Both the position numbers and the translations under genes were made by a program. From NCBI GenBank assembly GCA_040385915.1, contig JAZKGK010000112.1, forward strand, positions 12,320 to 76,319: a stretch of DNA of 64,000 nt, in the 5' to 3' direction. This document shows, in pieces, positions 1 through 8,307 of this stretch (position 1 is the stretch's first letter; each line of letters begins with the position of its first letter). The DNA comes from Bacteroidota bacterium (GTDB taxonomy: Bacteria > Bacteroidota > Bacteroidia > Cytophagales > ES-bin-26). The notes beneath the pieces were generated by a model, which had not been told where the DNA came from, did no database searches, and worked only from the letters and a program-made list of their open reading frames with translations.

Positions 1-233
1 GAAAAATAGGCTGCCGAAGGCGTATCCCATCGCCAGAACACCAGCCCACCTACCACAAGCAGACTTAATAAGGTACAGATAAACAACACCTTAATTGATA
101 ATTCCTGGTTAGAATTACGGGTTAAGAATAAGTCTAAGACAATAATAAACAGAAAGGCAATAGTCAGCCCAACTTCGGGAAGTATGCCTGGTAAGCTTCG
201 GAGAATAAGGTGGAGTTGTTCGGAAAGATTCAA
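1..233 (-). CDS. Partial CDS (5' end only, continues off the left edge): hydrophobic integral-membrane protein N-terminus
   Basis: The reverse strand is open from a TTG (231-233) to the window edge, about 77 codons: (M)NLSEQLHLILRSLPGILPEVGLTIAFLFIIVLDLFL...LFICTLLSLLVVGGLVFW. It has two TM-like hydrophobic stretches. It is absent from the ORF track because the window truncates it. Any resemblance to NuoN or antiporter-subunit N-termini is too weak to name. Confidence 0.3.
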   Translation of the reverse strand, partial: MNLSEQLHLILRSLPGILPEVGLTIAFLFIIVLDLFLTRNSNQELSIKVLFICTLLSLLVVGGLVFWRWDTPSAAYF

Positions 234-272
234 TTTGCCTAGGATAGAAGTAAGTAAATTAGGAGGCGGCCT

Positions 273-887
273 CTATTCAATAATCAGGTTGTACTTGGAC
301 ACCAATCCTCGCAAGCCGGCTAACGAAAATCGGGCCTTCTTCATCCTATTGGCTTCGGGGTCAATCGTAAAATTATAGGCAGTAGTAAAATCAGCGCCGC
401 CTAATTGGGTATTTCTGAAAACAGCTCCATCCAGGTTACAGTTATGAAAACAGCTCTCTGACAAGTCAGCCTCACTAAAATCCGTTTCTACGAGAGAACA
501 GTCGGTAAATATCGTTTTTTTCAACTTCTTCCGATGAAAAGACGCATAGTTCAAGATACATTTCTCAAACCGCACCTCAAACAAAAAATCATTGCAGTGA
601 TTAAATTCCAGCCCTAGCACTTTGCAATCTTTGAAGGAAACATTCTTTAAGCCGCTATTACCTAATTTCGTCATCGTTAGGTTGCACCGTTCGAAGGTAC
701 AATCAATAAACTCATTGCGGGAGAGATGGCTATTGGAAAAGTTGCAGCTTACAAAAACGGCTTGTTCAAATTCGCGGTTATGCATTTTCTGTTCCGCAAA
801 GTCGATATTTTCAAAAGTATTTCCTTCCGACAAATTGAATGCATTCATGGCAAAGGGAGTATAAAATTGCGGCTCGAAGGTATCCAT
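273..887 (-). CDS. Pentapeptide-repeat protein (Qnr/MfpA-like size and architecture)
   Basis: 204-aa ORF built almost entirely of tandem pentapeptide units, e.g. NFSNSHLSRNEFIDCTFERCNLTMTKL and DFSEADLSESCFHNCNLDGAVFRNTQLGGADF. Confidence 0.85.
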   Translation of the reverse strand: MDTFEPQFYTPFAMNAFNLSEGNTFENIDFAEQKMHNREFEQAVFVSCNFSNSHLSRNEFIDCTFERCNLTMTKLGNSGLKNVSFKDCKVLGLEFNHCNDFLFEVRFEKCILNYASFHRKKLKKTIFTDCSLVETDFSEADLSESCFHNCNLDGAVFRNTQLGGADFTTAYNFTIDPEANRMKKARFSLAGLRGLVSKYNLIIE

Positions 888-962
888 TTTTTTTCAAATC
901 TTCCTTTTGGAACCAGCCTTTGAACTTGCACAAGGAGGCACATACCCGCAAGAGATAATAAG

Positions 963-991
963 AAAGGGTAAGCTAATACAGCTTACCCTTT
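963..991. terminator. Isolated 12-bp-stem hairpin in a gene-poor spacer (possible terminator)
   Basis: aaagggtaagct / aatac / agcttacccttt forms a perfect 12-bp stem with a 5-nt loop. There is no strong T-run on either side, so the function is uncertain. Confidence 0.3.
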
Positions 992-1199
992 GAGATTCTA
1001 CCAGTATCGTCAGCTATGACTTGGGTTAATGCCAGGCGAAAAGTCTCCAACCCTACTATGTATCTATATACTTAGAACGGCATTTGGGTGGTGGCGTATT
1101 CGATGAAAATAACTTTTTCGTCGTTCAAGGCTTAAAATAAACATACGTGTATACCCTAACCCTAACACGACAACCCTAACATTCGACTGTTATGGGAAA

Positions 1200-1418
1200 C
1201 TAGTTGCCCTGGAATCCATATTTCTGCATTACTGGCAGCAGTTTATTGACTATCGCTGGCGTAAAGGTCATTTTGCCAAGGGCTATATTTTTCAGGTTGG
1301 GTAAGGGGATATTGCATTCGCGGGCGAAAGTATTCTTTGCCAGGGCTTCGGGCCCATTTGCAAGCTCGTTCTTATCGGGCAATGCGTCAAAAAACATTCT
1401 AAACTCAATATTAGTCAT
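1200..1418 (-). CDS. Hypothetical small protein (72 aa), coding status uncertain
   Basis: It is the only non-overlapped ORF in the 888-1701 spacer. I recognise no motif, and the antisense ORF 1204-1428 is equally long. Confidence 0.3.
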   Translation of the reverse strand: MTNIEFRMFFDALPDKNELANGPEALAKNTFARECNIPLPNLKNIALGKMTFTPAIVNKLLPVMQKYGFQGN

Positions 1419-1701
1419 ACAGGAATAGTTTTAATGTCTTTAAGCCAAAAACTGACTTTTCAGCCAAGCGGCTCTTGGCGCTTTCTAACATTAGTACTAT
1501 TTGTATCACAATAGGTAAATGCTCTATTCCAAATATTTATCGCACCTGTATCTATTACATTTTATTTTTCCCTCTCCATTACACTTCTACTCAATTTTAT
1601 CATGCTGCTCCTTACGTGCTAAAGCCATACAGTAGGCTAGGCAAATTATAAGGCCATGGGAAATGTCATAATGGTTCTATAATAACTCAAGCCAATTCAA
1701 C

Positions 1702-1986
1702 TTACTCCTTCTTCCCAAACCAGGCAATAAACTCATCCATTTTCTTCCGGTTTAGTTGCAGGTGGACGACCCTACCTATTTTACTGGCATCCACCAGTCC
1801 ACATTCCGTTAGCTGCTTGATATGGTGAGAAACCGAAGGCTGAGCCAGATTAGATAATTCTTGCGCCTGGGTGATGGTAACGCTGCCCTTGAGGAAGATT
1901 TCATGTAGAATAACTAAGCGATGACGATCTCCTAAGGCCTTCGCTACTTTCGCTATAAACTTTGCATTTTCCATTTTTTGAAGCAT
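1702..1986 (-). CDS. ArsR/SmtB-family winged-helix transcriptional regulator
   Basis: 94 aa. It carries LGDRHRLVILHEI followed by ITQAQELSNLAQPSVSHHIKQLTECGLV, the typical ArsR HTH with the SxHL/HHxKxL signature. Confidence 0.85.
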   Translation of the reverse strand: MLQKMENAKFIAKVAKALGDRHRLVILHEIFLKGSVTITQAQELSNLAQPSVSHHIKQLTECGLVDASKIGRVVHLQLNRKKMDEFIAWFGKKE

Positions 1987-2280
1987 TAAAGAGTTAAATT
2001 CTTATTATGGATTAGTCACGTAAGGTGATGTGCTCAGCAAAATGTCGAGCTTTCCTAGAAATATATCTCACTGTATATATGGGATTATTCGTAATAACAA
2101 CGACGAATAATTTGCCAAAAACACCTATAAACCGACAATGCAATAGAAACGTTACGTTTGAATATAGCTAAAAAAATAGTGGCATCAGGAATGCCTTGCG
2201 TTATGGATCCCGAACTTCTATTATGATTACCACAGAAGGTAAAACCTAGGACTCTGTCACCTTCATCCTTGGAGACGCTA

Positions 2281-2349
2281 GTGGTGCCACGACTCTAGCG
2301 AGGACTCTAGCGAGGACTCTAGCGAGGACGGCTATAGTCGTGGCACCAC
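2281..2349. repeat. 69-bp palindromic intergenic element, copy 1 (14-bp perfect terminal stem enclosing 3 x 12-nt tandem GACTCTAGCGAG)
   Basis: gtggtgccacgact ... agtcgtggcaccac are exact reverse complements. Three exact tandem 12-mers lie at 2291-2326. The element is 66/69 identical to 34274-34342. Confidence 0.85.
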
Positions 2350-2423
2350 TGTAACAACGAAGGTAACAACCACTAAGCTCTACTCCTGCATAATTAATCG
2401 GCTATATATCTGTTATCCAATTG

Positions 2424-4223
2424 CTACCGGGGAGCTAAGGCCACTGCGGCGGCTTTTCCGTTAACGGGCAATCGTTCGCCAATCTGCTGCCGCCACATGG
2501 CGTAGTATAGCCCTTTTTTCTCCAGCAATTCCTCGTGTCTGCCTGATTCAGCAATATTGCCTCTTTCGAGCACAAATATCCGGTCGGCGTGCATGACGGT
2601 AGAGAGGCGGTGGGCGATGAGGATAGTCAGGTGGTTGCTGCTTTGGGAAACATCCCGAACCGTTCTACCAATTTCCTCTTCCGTAAGGGAGTCCAGCGAC
2701 GAAGTGGCTTCATCGAATACGAGCAAGGTCGGTTTACGCAATAAGGCTCGAGCAATGGACAGGCGTTGTTTCTCTCCGCCGGAAACTTTCACGCCACCTT
2801 CTCCCAATACCGTATCCAAGCCCTTGTCGGCGCGCTCCAGCAGGTTATCAGCGGCGGCTTTCCGAAGCACGTCCAGGCATTCGGCATCCGTAGCGTGGGG
2901 CGCAACAAACGTGAGGTTTTCGCGAATGGTGCCGGCAAACAACTGGGTATCTTGCGTAACAAAGCCTATTTGTTCACGCAACTGGTTGAGATCGACCTCG
3001 CTGCCAGGAATTCCATTGTACAAAATGCGGCCAGATTCGGGTGTGTATAAGCCTACCAACAGCTTCACAAGCGTAGTTTTACCCGCGCCCGATGGTCCCA
3101 CGAAAGCAATGGTTTCTCCCATACTCATTTCAAAGGAAATGTTTTGTAGCGCCATTAACGAAGCAGTCTGATGTTTGAAACTCACTTGCTCGAAAGTAAG
3201 TTGGCTTATTCTGCCTACGGGAACTGGATGCTCGGGAATTTTCTCCTTCGGCATATTCAGTATGCGTTGGAAATTATCCAGCGATACCTGGGTTTCCCGA
3301 AACGTGTTAATGATATTTCCCAACTCCTGCAAAGGACCAAACACGAAGAAGGAATACAGAAAGAAGGTAAAAAACTGGCCTACGGTAAGGCTGCCAGTCA
3401 CTACCAGATACAGCATTAGCAAGAGCAGCGCATTGCGCAACAGGTTCACAAACGTACCTTGCACAAAGCTCAGGCTGCGGATATAACGCACCTTTTTCAG
3501 CTCTAGCTGTAGTATTTTTGCGGTGGTATCGTTCAGCCGCTTGGTTTCCTGTTCAGACAAACCCAGGCTTTTGATCAATTCGATATTACGCAAAGATTCC
3601 GTCGTGGAGCCTGCCAGCGAAGTAGTTTGCGCCACAATGGAAGTCTGGATAACCTTAATTCTTTTGCTTAATAGCGAACTAACCAGCGCCAGCAGTGGCA
3701 CTGACGAAAGGTAAATTATTCCTAACCAGGGATGTACCGTAACGGCATAGGTCATTACAAAGACAATACCTACGACCGAAGTAAACAGGATATTGACGAA
3801 GGCCGAAATCACCTTTTCAACGTCAGTCCTTACTTTTTGCAAAACGCTCAGTGTCTGTCCACTGCGTTGGTCTTCGAACACCGAATAGGGCATTTGCAGC
3901 GAGTGCCGTAGCCCATCCGAATAAATTTGAGCGCCTAAGCGCTGGGTAATCACATTGACGAAATAATCCTGGAAAGCCTTGGCTATTCGGGAAATCATAG
4001 CCACGCCCATTGCCGCCAGAATCAGCATCCCGGCACCTCGGATAAAAACGGAAAGATTGTCGTAAGACCGAACAGAGCCATCTTTACTGATGACGTAGCC
4101 ATCAATGATTTTTTGAAAAATCCAGGGGTCAAGAAAGGAGAAAATCTGGTTGATGGCGGCCAGCAGAAGCGCCAATAATACCAGTTGCCAATACTGCTTC
4201 AGATAAGAATAAAGTAATTGCAT
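2424..4223 (-). CDS. ABC exporter, fused permease/ATPase (MsbA/multidrug-type half transporter)
   Basis: 599 aa. N-terminal multi-TM domain plus a nucleotide-binding domain with Walker A GPSGAGKTT, signature VSGGEKQR, Walker B LLVFDEATS and H-loop IAHRLS. Confidence 0.9.
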   Translation of the reverse strand: MQLLYSYLKQYWQLVLLALLLAAINQIFSFLDPWIFQKIIDGYVISKDGSVRSYDNLSVFIRGAGMLILAAMGVAMISRIAKAFQDYFVNVITQRLGAQIYSDGLRHSLQMPYSVFEDQRSGQTLSVLQKVRTDVEKVISAFVNILFTSVVGIVFVMTYAVTVHPWLGIIYLSSVPLLALVSSLLSKRIKVIQTSIVAQTTSLAGSTTESLRNIELIKSLGLSEQETKRLNDTTAKILQLELKKVRYIRSLSFVQGTFVNLLRNALLLLMLYLVVTGSLTVGQFFTFFLYSFFVFGPLQELGNIINTFRETQVSLDNFQRILNMPKEKIPEHPVPVGRISQLTFEQVSFKHQTASLMALQNISFEMSMGETIAFVGPSGAGKTTLVKLLVGLYTPESGRILYNGIPGSEVDLNQLREQIGFVTQDTQLFAGTIRENLTFVAPHATDAECLDVLRKAAADNLLERADKGLDTVLGEGGVKVSGGEKQRLSIARALLRKPTLLVFDEATSSLDSLTEEEIGRTVRDVSQSSNHLTILIAHRLSTVMHADRIFVLERGNIAESGRHEELLEKKGLYYAMWRQQIGERLPVNGKAAAVALAPR

Positions 4224-4596
4224 AATTTGATGCGGTTCGCCGCTACGATGTTGATATGCTGATTGGGAGATGTGCTGATGGTAATCTATTCAGTTAATTG
4301 ATTAAGTCATTTTTTCTCAAATTTGTTCGGCTTACAACACATTTATCCATAACCCTGGGTATTTTTTTGATTGCCATTGCCAAACAGCGCTGCAATCGCT
4401 CCATATTAGGTTATCTTTTCTATGACCTGGGTGTAAGCAAACTAGCTTCCTCGAAGAAAGGGAAACGCCAAATAGGGTCGCTGGCGGGATTGCTTACAAG
4501 GCAAAAAACACTGTTGCCGAAACTGAGAATGTGCGTTCAGGTGAAATGAATAGCTTTGGCTATCAAAGCCGTTTTACCTCTTGAGCCACCTTCCCT

Positions 4597-6117
4597 ATGA
4601 AACCCTATTTGCTTGTTCTCTTTGCCCTGATCGTTGGAAATAGCAACCGATGTGTGGCTCAAACGCCCGCTTCTGAGCCCGAAAAACAACAAATACGCCA
4701 GCTATTGCGCACATACGAAAAAGATCTTCAACAGATGGCTGCGCCTCATATGCTTGCTGCCGAACGGAATGCCGGCAAACGTGAGCTGCTAACCGTGGTT
4801 GAAGACAAGGCCATTTGGGTAGCCAATGACCTGGATAGCCTGGCTGATTTTGCGCTCGTATCTATGCAAAAGTACGTGCAGGAATTATTACCAACACACT
4901 TTCCCTTGGGACTAAATACGAGCTTAGCGCTGGAAAAGCTCCAGTTTGGGATGGTGAAACGCGATAAGGTAAGGCATTACGATTACCTGGAAATCCGGGT
5001 TCCCAAGACCCTCACCTGGCAAACCCTCCAAAAAACCGACAGCAGCCAAGTAGATACAGTCTCAATGACTCGAACGGTGTCGCTCAGCTTCTTTATTCGC
5101 TTCAATCGCAGTATCTCTATTGAAAAATACAAAATAATGGCCATCAATCAGGCCGGACGTGCGCCCAAGCTGCTGCCTCTTCCTGAGTTGATCGCTTGGT
5201 GGACTGACTTGAGTGCCGATTGGAAAGCAGCCTTGCTGAAAAACTATCCAATGGAGGAATACCCGCGTGAAGACGAACTGGAAAACCTCCAGGGGATTGC
5301 CAAACTTTCCCTTGCCAAAACCCCGATTAAGGACGCTACACCACTAGCCAAATTCACCCAACTGAGGGAACTAGACTGCTCCCAAACGGCCATCGAAAAC
5401 CTACAACCACTGAGCAAGCTCACGTTGTTGGAAGACCTCAATCTTTCCAGAACCCAGATCAGCAGCCTAGCAGGCATCGATAGTCTGTTCAACCTGATTA
5501 AATTGAACGGAAGCTTTCTTAAGCTAAAGGATGTCGTTCCCATGGCTGGCCTGACGAAATTGGAAGAAGTTTACCTTACCGATAATGAGCTCACAGATCT
5601 GGCTCCCTTGACGGGCTTAACCCAGCTCAGAAAACTTAGCTTCAGCAATAATCTGGTCACTTCTCTTACGCCATTGGCCGCTTTGGTGAATATGGAAGAG
5701 CTTCGTTTTGGAAAAAACAAGGTCGACAACTTTGCCGTATTGTCGAATTTCCCCAACCTTATCATCCTGGATTGCTTCAGCTCGGGCTTAGACAGCGCCG
5801 AACCCTTGCGTAACCTGACTAAACTGGTCTATCTGAATTGTGGAGCCAATCCTATTCTCTCGCTTGACCCATTGGCCAATCATGTTTTTCTGTTGGAATT
5901 AAATGTGACCACCACCAAAATTGCCAGCCTTAATGCCTTGCGAAAGTTTAAGCTGCTGGAAATACTCGACTTTTCTAACACGACCGTAACAGAATTAGGC
6001 CCCGTACACGACCTGGATGGGATTCGGGTGCTGAAATGCCAGCTTACCAAAGTAGAAGTGCGGGATAAAGACCGTTTCAAGAAAAAACACCCGCGCTGCG
6101 AAATCACTTATTTTTAA
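4597..6117 (+). CDS. Secreted leucine-rich-repeat (internalin-like LRR) protein
   Basis: Signal peptide MKPYLLVLFALIVGNSNRCVAQ. The C-terminal half is about 12 tandem 22-residue LRRs, e.g. LxxLxxLDCSQTAIENLQPLSKLTLLEDLNLSRTQISSLAGI. Confidence 0.85.
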   Translation: MKPYLLVLFALIVGNSNRCVAQTPASEPEKQQIRQLLRTYEKDLQQMAAPHMLAAERNAGKRELLTVVEDKAIWVANDLDSLADFALVSMQKYVQELLPTHFPLGLNTSLALEKLQFGMVKRDKVRHYDYLEIRVPKTLTWQTLQKTDSSQVDTVSMTRTVSLSFFIRFNRSISIEKYKIMAINQAGRAPKLLPLPELIAWWTDLSADWKAALLKNYPMEEYPREDELENLQGIAKLSLAKTPIKDATPLAKFTQLRELDCSQTAIENLQPLSKLTLLEDLNLSRTQISSLAGIDSLFNLIKLNGSFLKLKDVVPMAGLTKLEEVYLTDNELTDLAPLTGLTQLRKLSFSNNLVTSLTPLAALVNMEELRFGKNKVDNFAVLSNFPNLIILDCFSSGLDSAEPLRNLTKLVYLNCGANPILSLDPLANHVFLLELNVTTTKIASLNALRKFKLLEILDFSNTTVTELGPVHDLDGIRVLKCQLTKVEVRDKDRFKKKHPRCEITYF

Positions 6118-6118
6118 A

Positions 6119-6151
6119 AAGGAAGGCTTCGCTTGGAGCGAAGCCTTCCTT
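6119..6151. terminator. Bidirectional rho-independent terminator between convergent genes
   Basis: aaggaaggcttcgc / ttgga / gcgaagccttcctt forms a 14-bp perfect stem. It is flanked by tttttaaaaa on the left and lies between the LRR gene stop (6117) and the YceI gene stop (6182). Confidence 0.75.
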
Positions 6152-6181
6152 CAATAAATGCATTCGTACTTCAACTGGTTG

Positions 6182-6829
6182 TTACTTACCAGCGACCACT
6201 TTCAGTTCGATAGTGAAATCGTCGTAGATAATTTTATCAGCAGCGGTACCAACCAGGCCAGAACCGTATTTGATGTCCCACTTGGTGCGGTTTACTTCAA
6301 ATTTAGCGGCTGCATCTACCTTGTTGCCTTCAATTTTTACTGTAGCAGGGAAAGTAACTGGATTGGTAATGCCTTTGATGGCCAGATCACCGGTCACTGT
6401 GTAGTTGGCTTCTCCAGCTTTAGCCCCTGCGATAGGCTCTACTTTCGTAATTTTGAAGGTAGACGTTGGGTATTTGTCCACTGAAAAGAAATCTTCTGAC
6501 TTCAGGTGTCCAATAAATTTAGCGTTGGAGCCAGCATCTGTCAAGTCTGTATTTACGATACTTTTCATGTCGATGTCAAAACTACCACCAACCAATTTTT
6601 TACCGTCTACGCTTAGCAAACCTTTAGCGATTTTTACGGTACCCGAATGTTCTCCAGTTACCTTCTTGCCCGTATAGTGCAACTCGCTCTTAGCCGGATC
6701 AACCGCAAGGGCAGTTTCTTTGGGAGTACTTTTCTTCTCTTTAACAGGAATTCCATCAGCCATTACTGCGGTAGTAGTGAACAAAACAGCCAAAGCCAAT
6801 GCATGGAAAGCAATTTTAATAGTTTTCAT
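6182..6829 (-). CDS. YceI-family periplasmic/secreted protein
   Basis: 215 aa. Signal peptide MKTIKIAFHALALAVLFTTTAVMA. YceI-like core: HYTGKKVTGEHSGTVKIAKG...GGSFDIDMKSI...FKITKVE. Confidence 0.8.
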   Translation of the reverse strand: MKTIKIAFHALALAVLFTTTAVMADGIPVKEKKSTPKETALAVDPAKSELHYTGKKVTGEHSGTVKIAKGLLSVDGKKLVGGSFDIDMKSIVNTDLTDAGSNAKFIGHLKSEDFFSVDKYPTSTFKITKVEPIAGAKAGEANYTVTGDLAIKGITNPVTFPATVKIEGNKVDAAAKFEVNRTKWDIKYGSGLVGTAADKIIYDDFTIELKVVAGK

Positions 6830-6917
6830 AAAAGATTGTTTTACAGAATATTAAATTAAAAAAAGAATAAAAAATCAGACACTCATAAACCTATAAACTC
6901 ATTTACAATAGATGGCC

Positions 6918-7631
6918 TCAATTCATTGGTAAGTCAATGACCAGGACTTTGGTATTGGGAGTAAGGGCAGTCAAATCAAAGTTGTCGAACTCAACAAGTC
7001 CCATAGCATCGCGTTTACCTAAATGGGTATCAGCTACTTCTACTTCTCCCTCAATTACAAAGATATACGCGCCATTACCTGCTTTCCGAGGTTGGTAAGA
7101 CAAGCTAACATGTTGGTCAAGCGAGGCCAGTGATAGATAGGCATCTTGATTAATCCAAACACCCTGGTCTTTTTCTTCTGGCGACACAACTGTTACAAAG
7201 GCATTGCGGCTGTTGTCCAGCGAGAACGTTTTTTGCTCGTAGCGGGGAGCGATATTTTCTTCTTTGGGCAAAATCCATATCTGAAGCAATTTTACTTCTT
7301 CTTTGGTAGAGTTATTTACCTCCGAATGCGTAAGGCCTGTACCCGCAGACATAATTTGCACATCGTTGGTTTCAATCACCGCCTGATTGCCCGTACTATC
7401 CTGGTGACGCAAAGCGCCTGACAGCGGGATAGTAATGATCTCCATATTGTCGTGTGGATGGGCACCAAAACCCATACTAGGGGCAATAATATCGTCGTTG
7501 AGGACACGGAGTAACCCAAACCCCATGCGGTCTGGATTGTAAAAACGAGCAAAACTAAATGAATGTTGTGCTTTAAGCCAGCCGTGGTTGGCTCCTCCTC
7601 TACTGCTGGCTTGATGGACTATCGTTTTCAT
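6918..7631 (-). CDS. Pirin-family cupin protein (YhhW/quercetinase-like)
   Basis: 237 aa. N-terminal RGGANHGWLKAQHSFSFARFYNP...GFGAHPHDNMEIITIPLSG matches the pirin metal-binding HxH...H...E cupin pattern. Confidence 0.9.
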   Translation of the reverse strand: MKTIVHQASSRGGANHGWLKAQHSFSFARFYNPDRMGFGLLRVLNDDIIAPSMGFGAHPHDNMEIITIPLSGALRHQDSTGNQAVIETNDVQIMSAGTGLTHSEVNNSTKEEVKLLQIWILPKEENIAPRYEQKTFSLDNSRNAFVTVVSPEEKDQGVWINQDAYLSLASLDQHVSLSYQPRKAGNGAYIFVIEGEVEVADTHLGKRDAMGLVEFDNFDLTALTPNTKVLVIDLPMN

Positions 7632-7653
7632 AGGATTGGCAAGTTAATTTTTT

Positions 7654-7680
7654 ATGTAAATACATTATATGTTTATACAT
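7654..7680. promoter_or_regulatory. Two adjacent 12-bp palindromes ATGTAaaTACAT / ATGTttaTACAT upstream of the pirin gene (candidate MarR operator)
   Basis: Palindromes at 7654-7665 and 7669-7680 lie 23-50 nt upstream of the pirin ATG (7631). The same ATGTA..TACAT half-sites recur at 8197-8216 upstream of marR. Confidence 0.35.
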
Positions 7681-7724
7681 TTATTTTATTAAAAAAAACC
7701 GGAAAGTTTCTTTGACGTCCCGGA

Positions 7725-8174
7725 CTAGGTTCTCATTTTATCCAATAAGTCGCTTAATTGACCCGCTTCTTGTTCGGAAAGGTGAGAAAAAGTTTTATCT
7801 AAATCTTCCTGCAAGACATCAATTTCTTGTAATAAGTTCAATCCTTCTTGGGTAATTAATACATCTACTGCCCGGCGGTCGTTGGGACACACGTGCCGCA
7901 CCACCAACTTTTTGACCAACAACTTATCTACTAGCCGTGAAGCGTTAGACATTTTATCAATCATCCGCTCAATAATAAGGTTGACCGTGGCTGGTTTGGG
8001 ATGCTGGCCACGCAAAATCCTTAACACATTATACTGAGCCGCGGTAATTCCAAAGGGCTTTAACAGTTGAGACTGCCGCGCAGAAAGCCAACTATGGGTA
8101 TACATCAGATTGATAATCACCTTCTGATAGGGATTTTTAAAACTCTTCTGCTGAATATCCTGCTCAATTGACAT
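7725..8174 (-). CDS. MarR-family transcriptional regulator
   Basis: Winged-helix MarR core LSARQSQLLKPFGITAAQYNVLRIL...VDKLLVKKLVVRHVCPNDRRAVDVLITQEGL. The ORF track starts at a TTG (8198) that overlaps the upstream palindrome, so the ATG at 8174 (MSIEQD...) is more plausible. Confidence 0.85.
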   Translation of the reverse strand: MSIEQDIQQKSFKNPYQKVIINLMYTHSWLSARQSQLLKPFGITAAQYNVLRILRGQHPKPATVNLIIERMIDKMSNASRLVDKLLVKKLVVRHVCPNDRRAVDVLITQEGLNLLQEIDVLQEDLDKTFSHLSEQEAGQLSDLLDKMRT

Positions 8175-8196
8175 ATCTTCTACAAATAACCTCCGC

Positions 8197-8216
8197 AAAT
8201 GTATGTATATACATTT
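8197..8216. promoter_or_regulatory. 20-bp palindrome AAATGTAT-gtat-ATACATTT upstream of marR (candidate autoregulatory operator)
   Basis: 8-nt arms are exact reverse complements with a 4-nt spacer. It lies 23 nt upstream of the ATG at 8174. Confidence 0.4.
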
Positions 8217-8261
8217 AATGTTGCAACATTTTTAAAAATTATTATTCAGCTAAAATAAAAA

Positions 8262-8307
8262 TTTCACTGAAATGGCACGACATCGGGGGCCGATATAGCC
8301 AAATCGG
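8262..8307. repeat. 46-bp direct repeat, left copy (displaced duplicate of the Omp85-like gene 3' end including its stop codon)
   Basis: tttcactgaaatggcacgacatcgggggccgatatagccaaatcgg is identical 46/46 to 10902-10947. The flanking bases differ on both sides. Confidence 0.95.

Noticed and set aside
1154-1180. Telomere-like CCCTAAC motif three times (ccctaaccctaac ... ccctaac).
   Set aside because: There are only three short copies, two of them adjacent, with no array, no strand-specific context and no associated genes. This is consistent with chance or a tiny slippage event.
4298-4549. 83-aa ORF in the 373-nt spacer upstream of the LRR gene.
   Set aside because: It has a non-ATG start in the track, an odd basic and hydrophobic composition, and no motif. 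More likely it is promoter or 5' UTR sequence of the divergent ABC and LRR genes.
8175-8198. TTG-initiated 8-codon extension of the MarR ORF.
   Set aside because: The TTG overlaps the 20-bp palindrome that looks like the operator or promoter. An ATG with the conserved MarR body follows at 8174.
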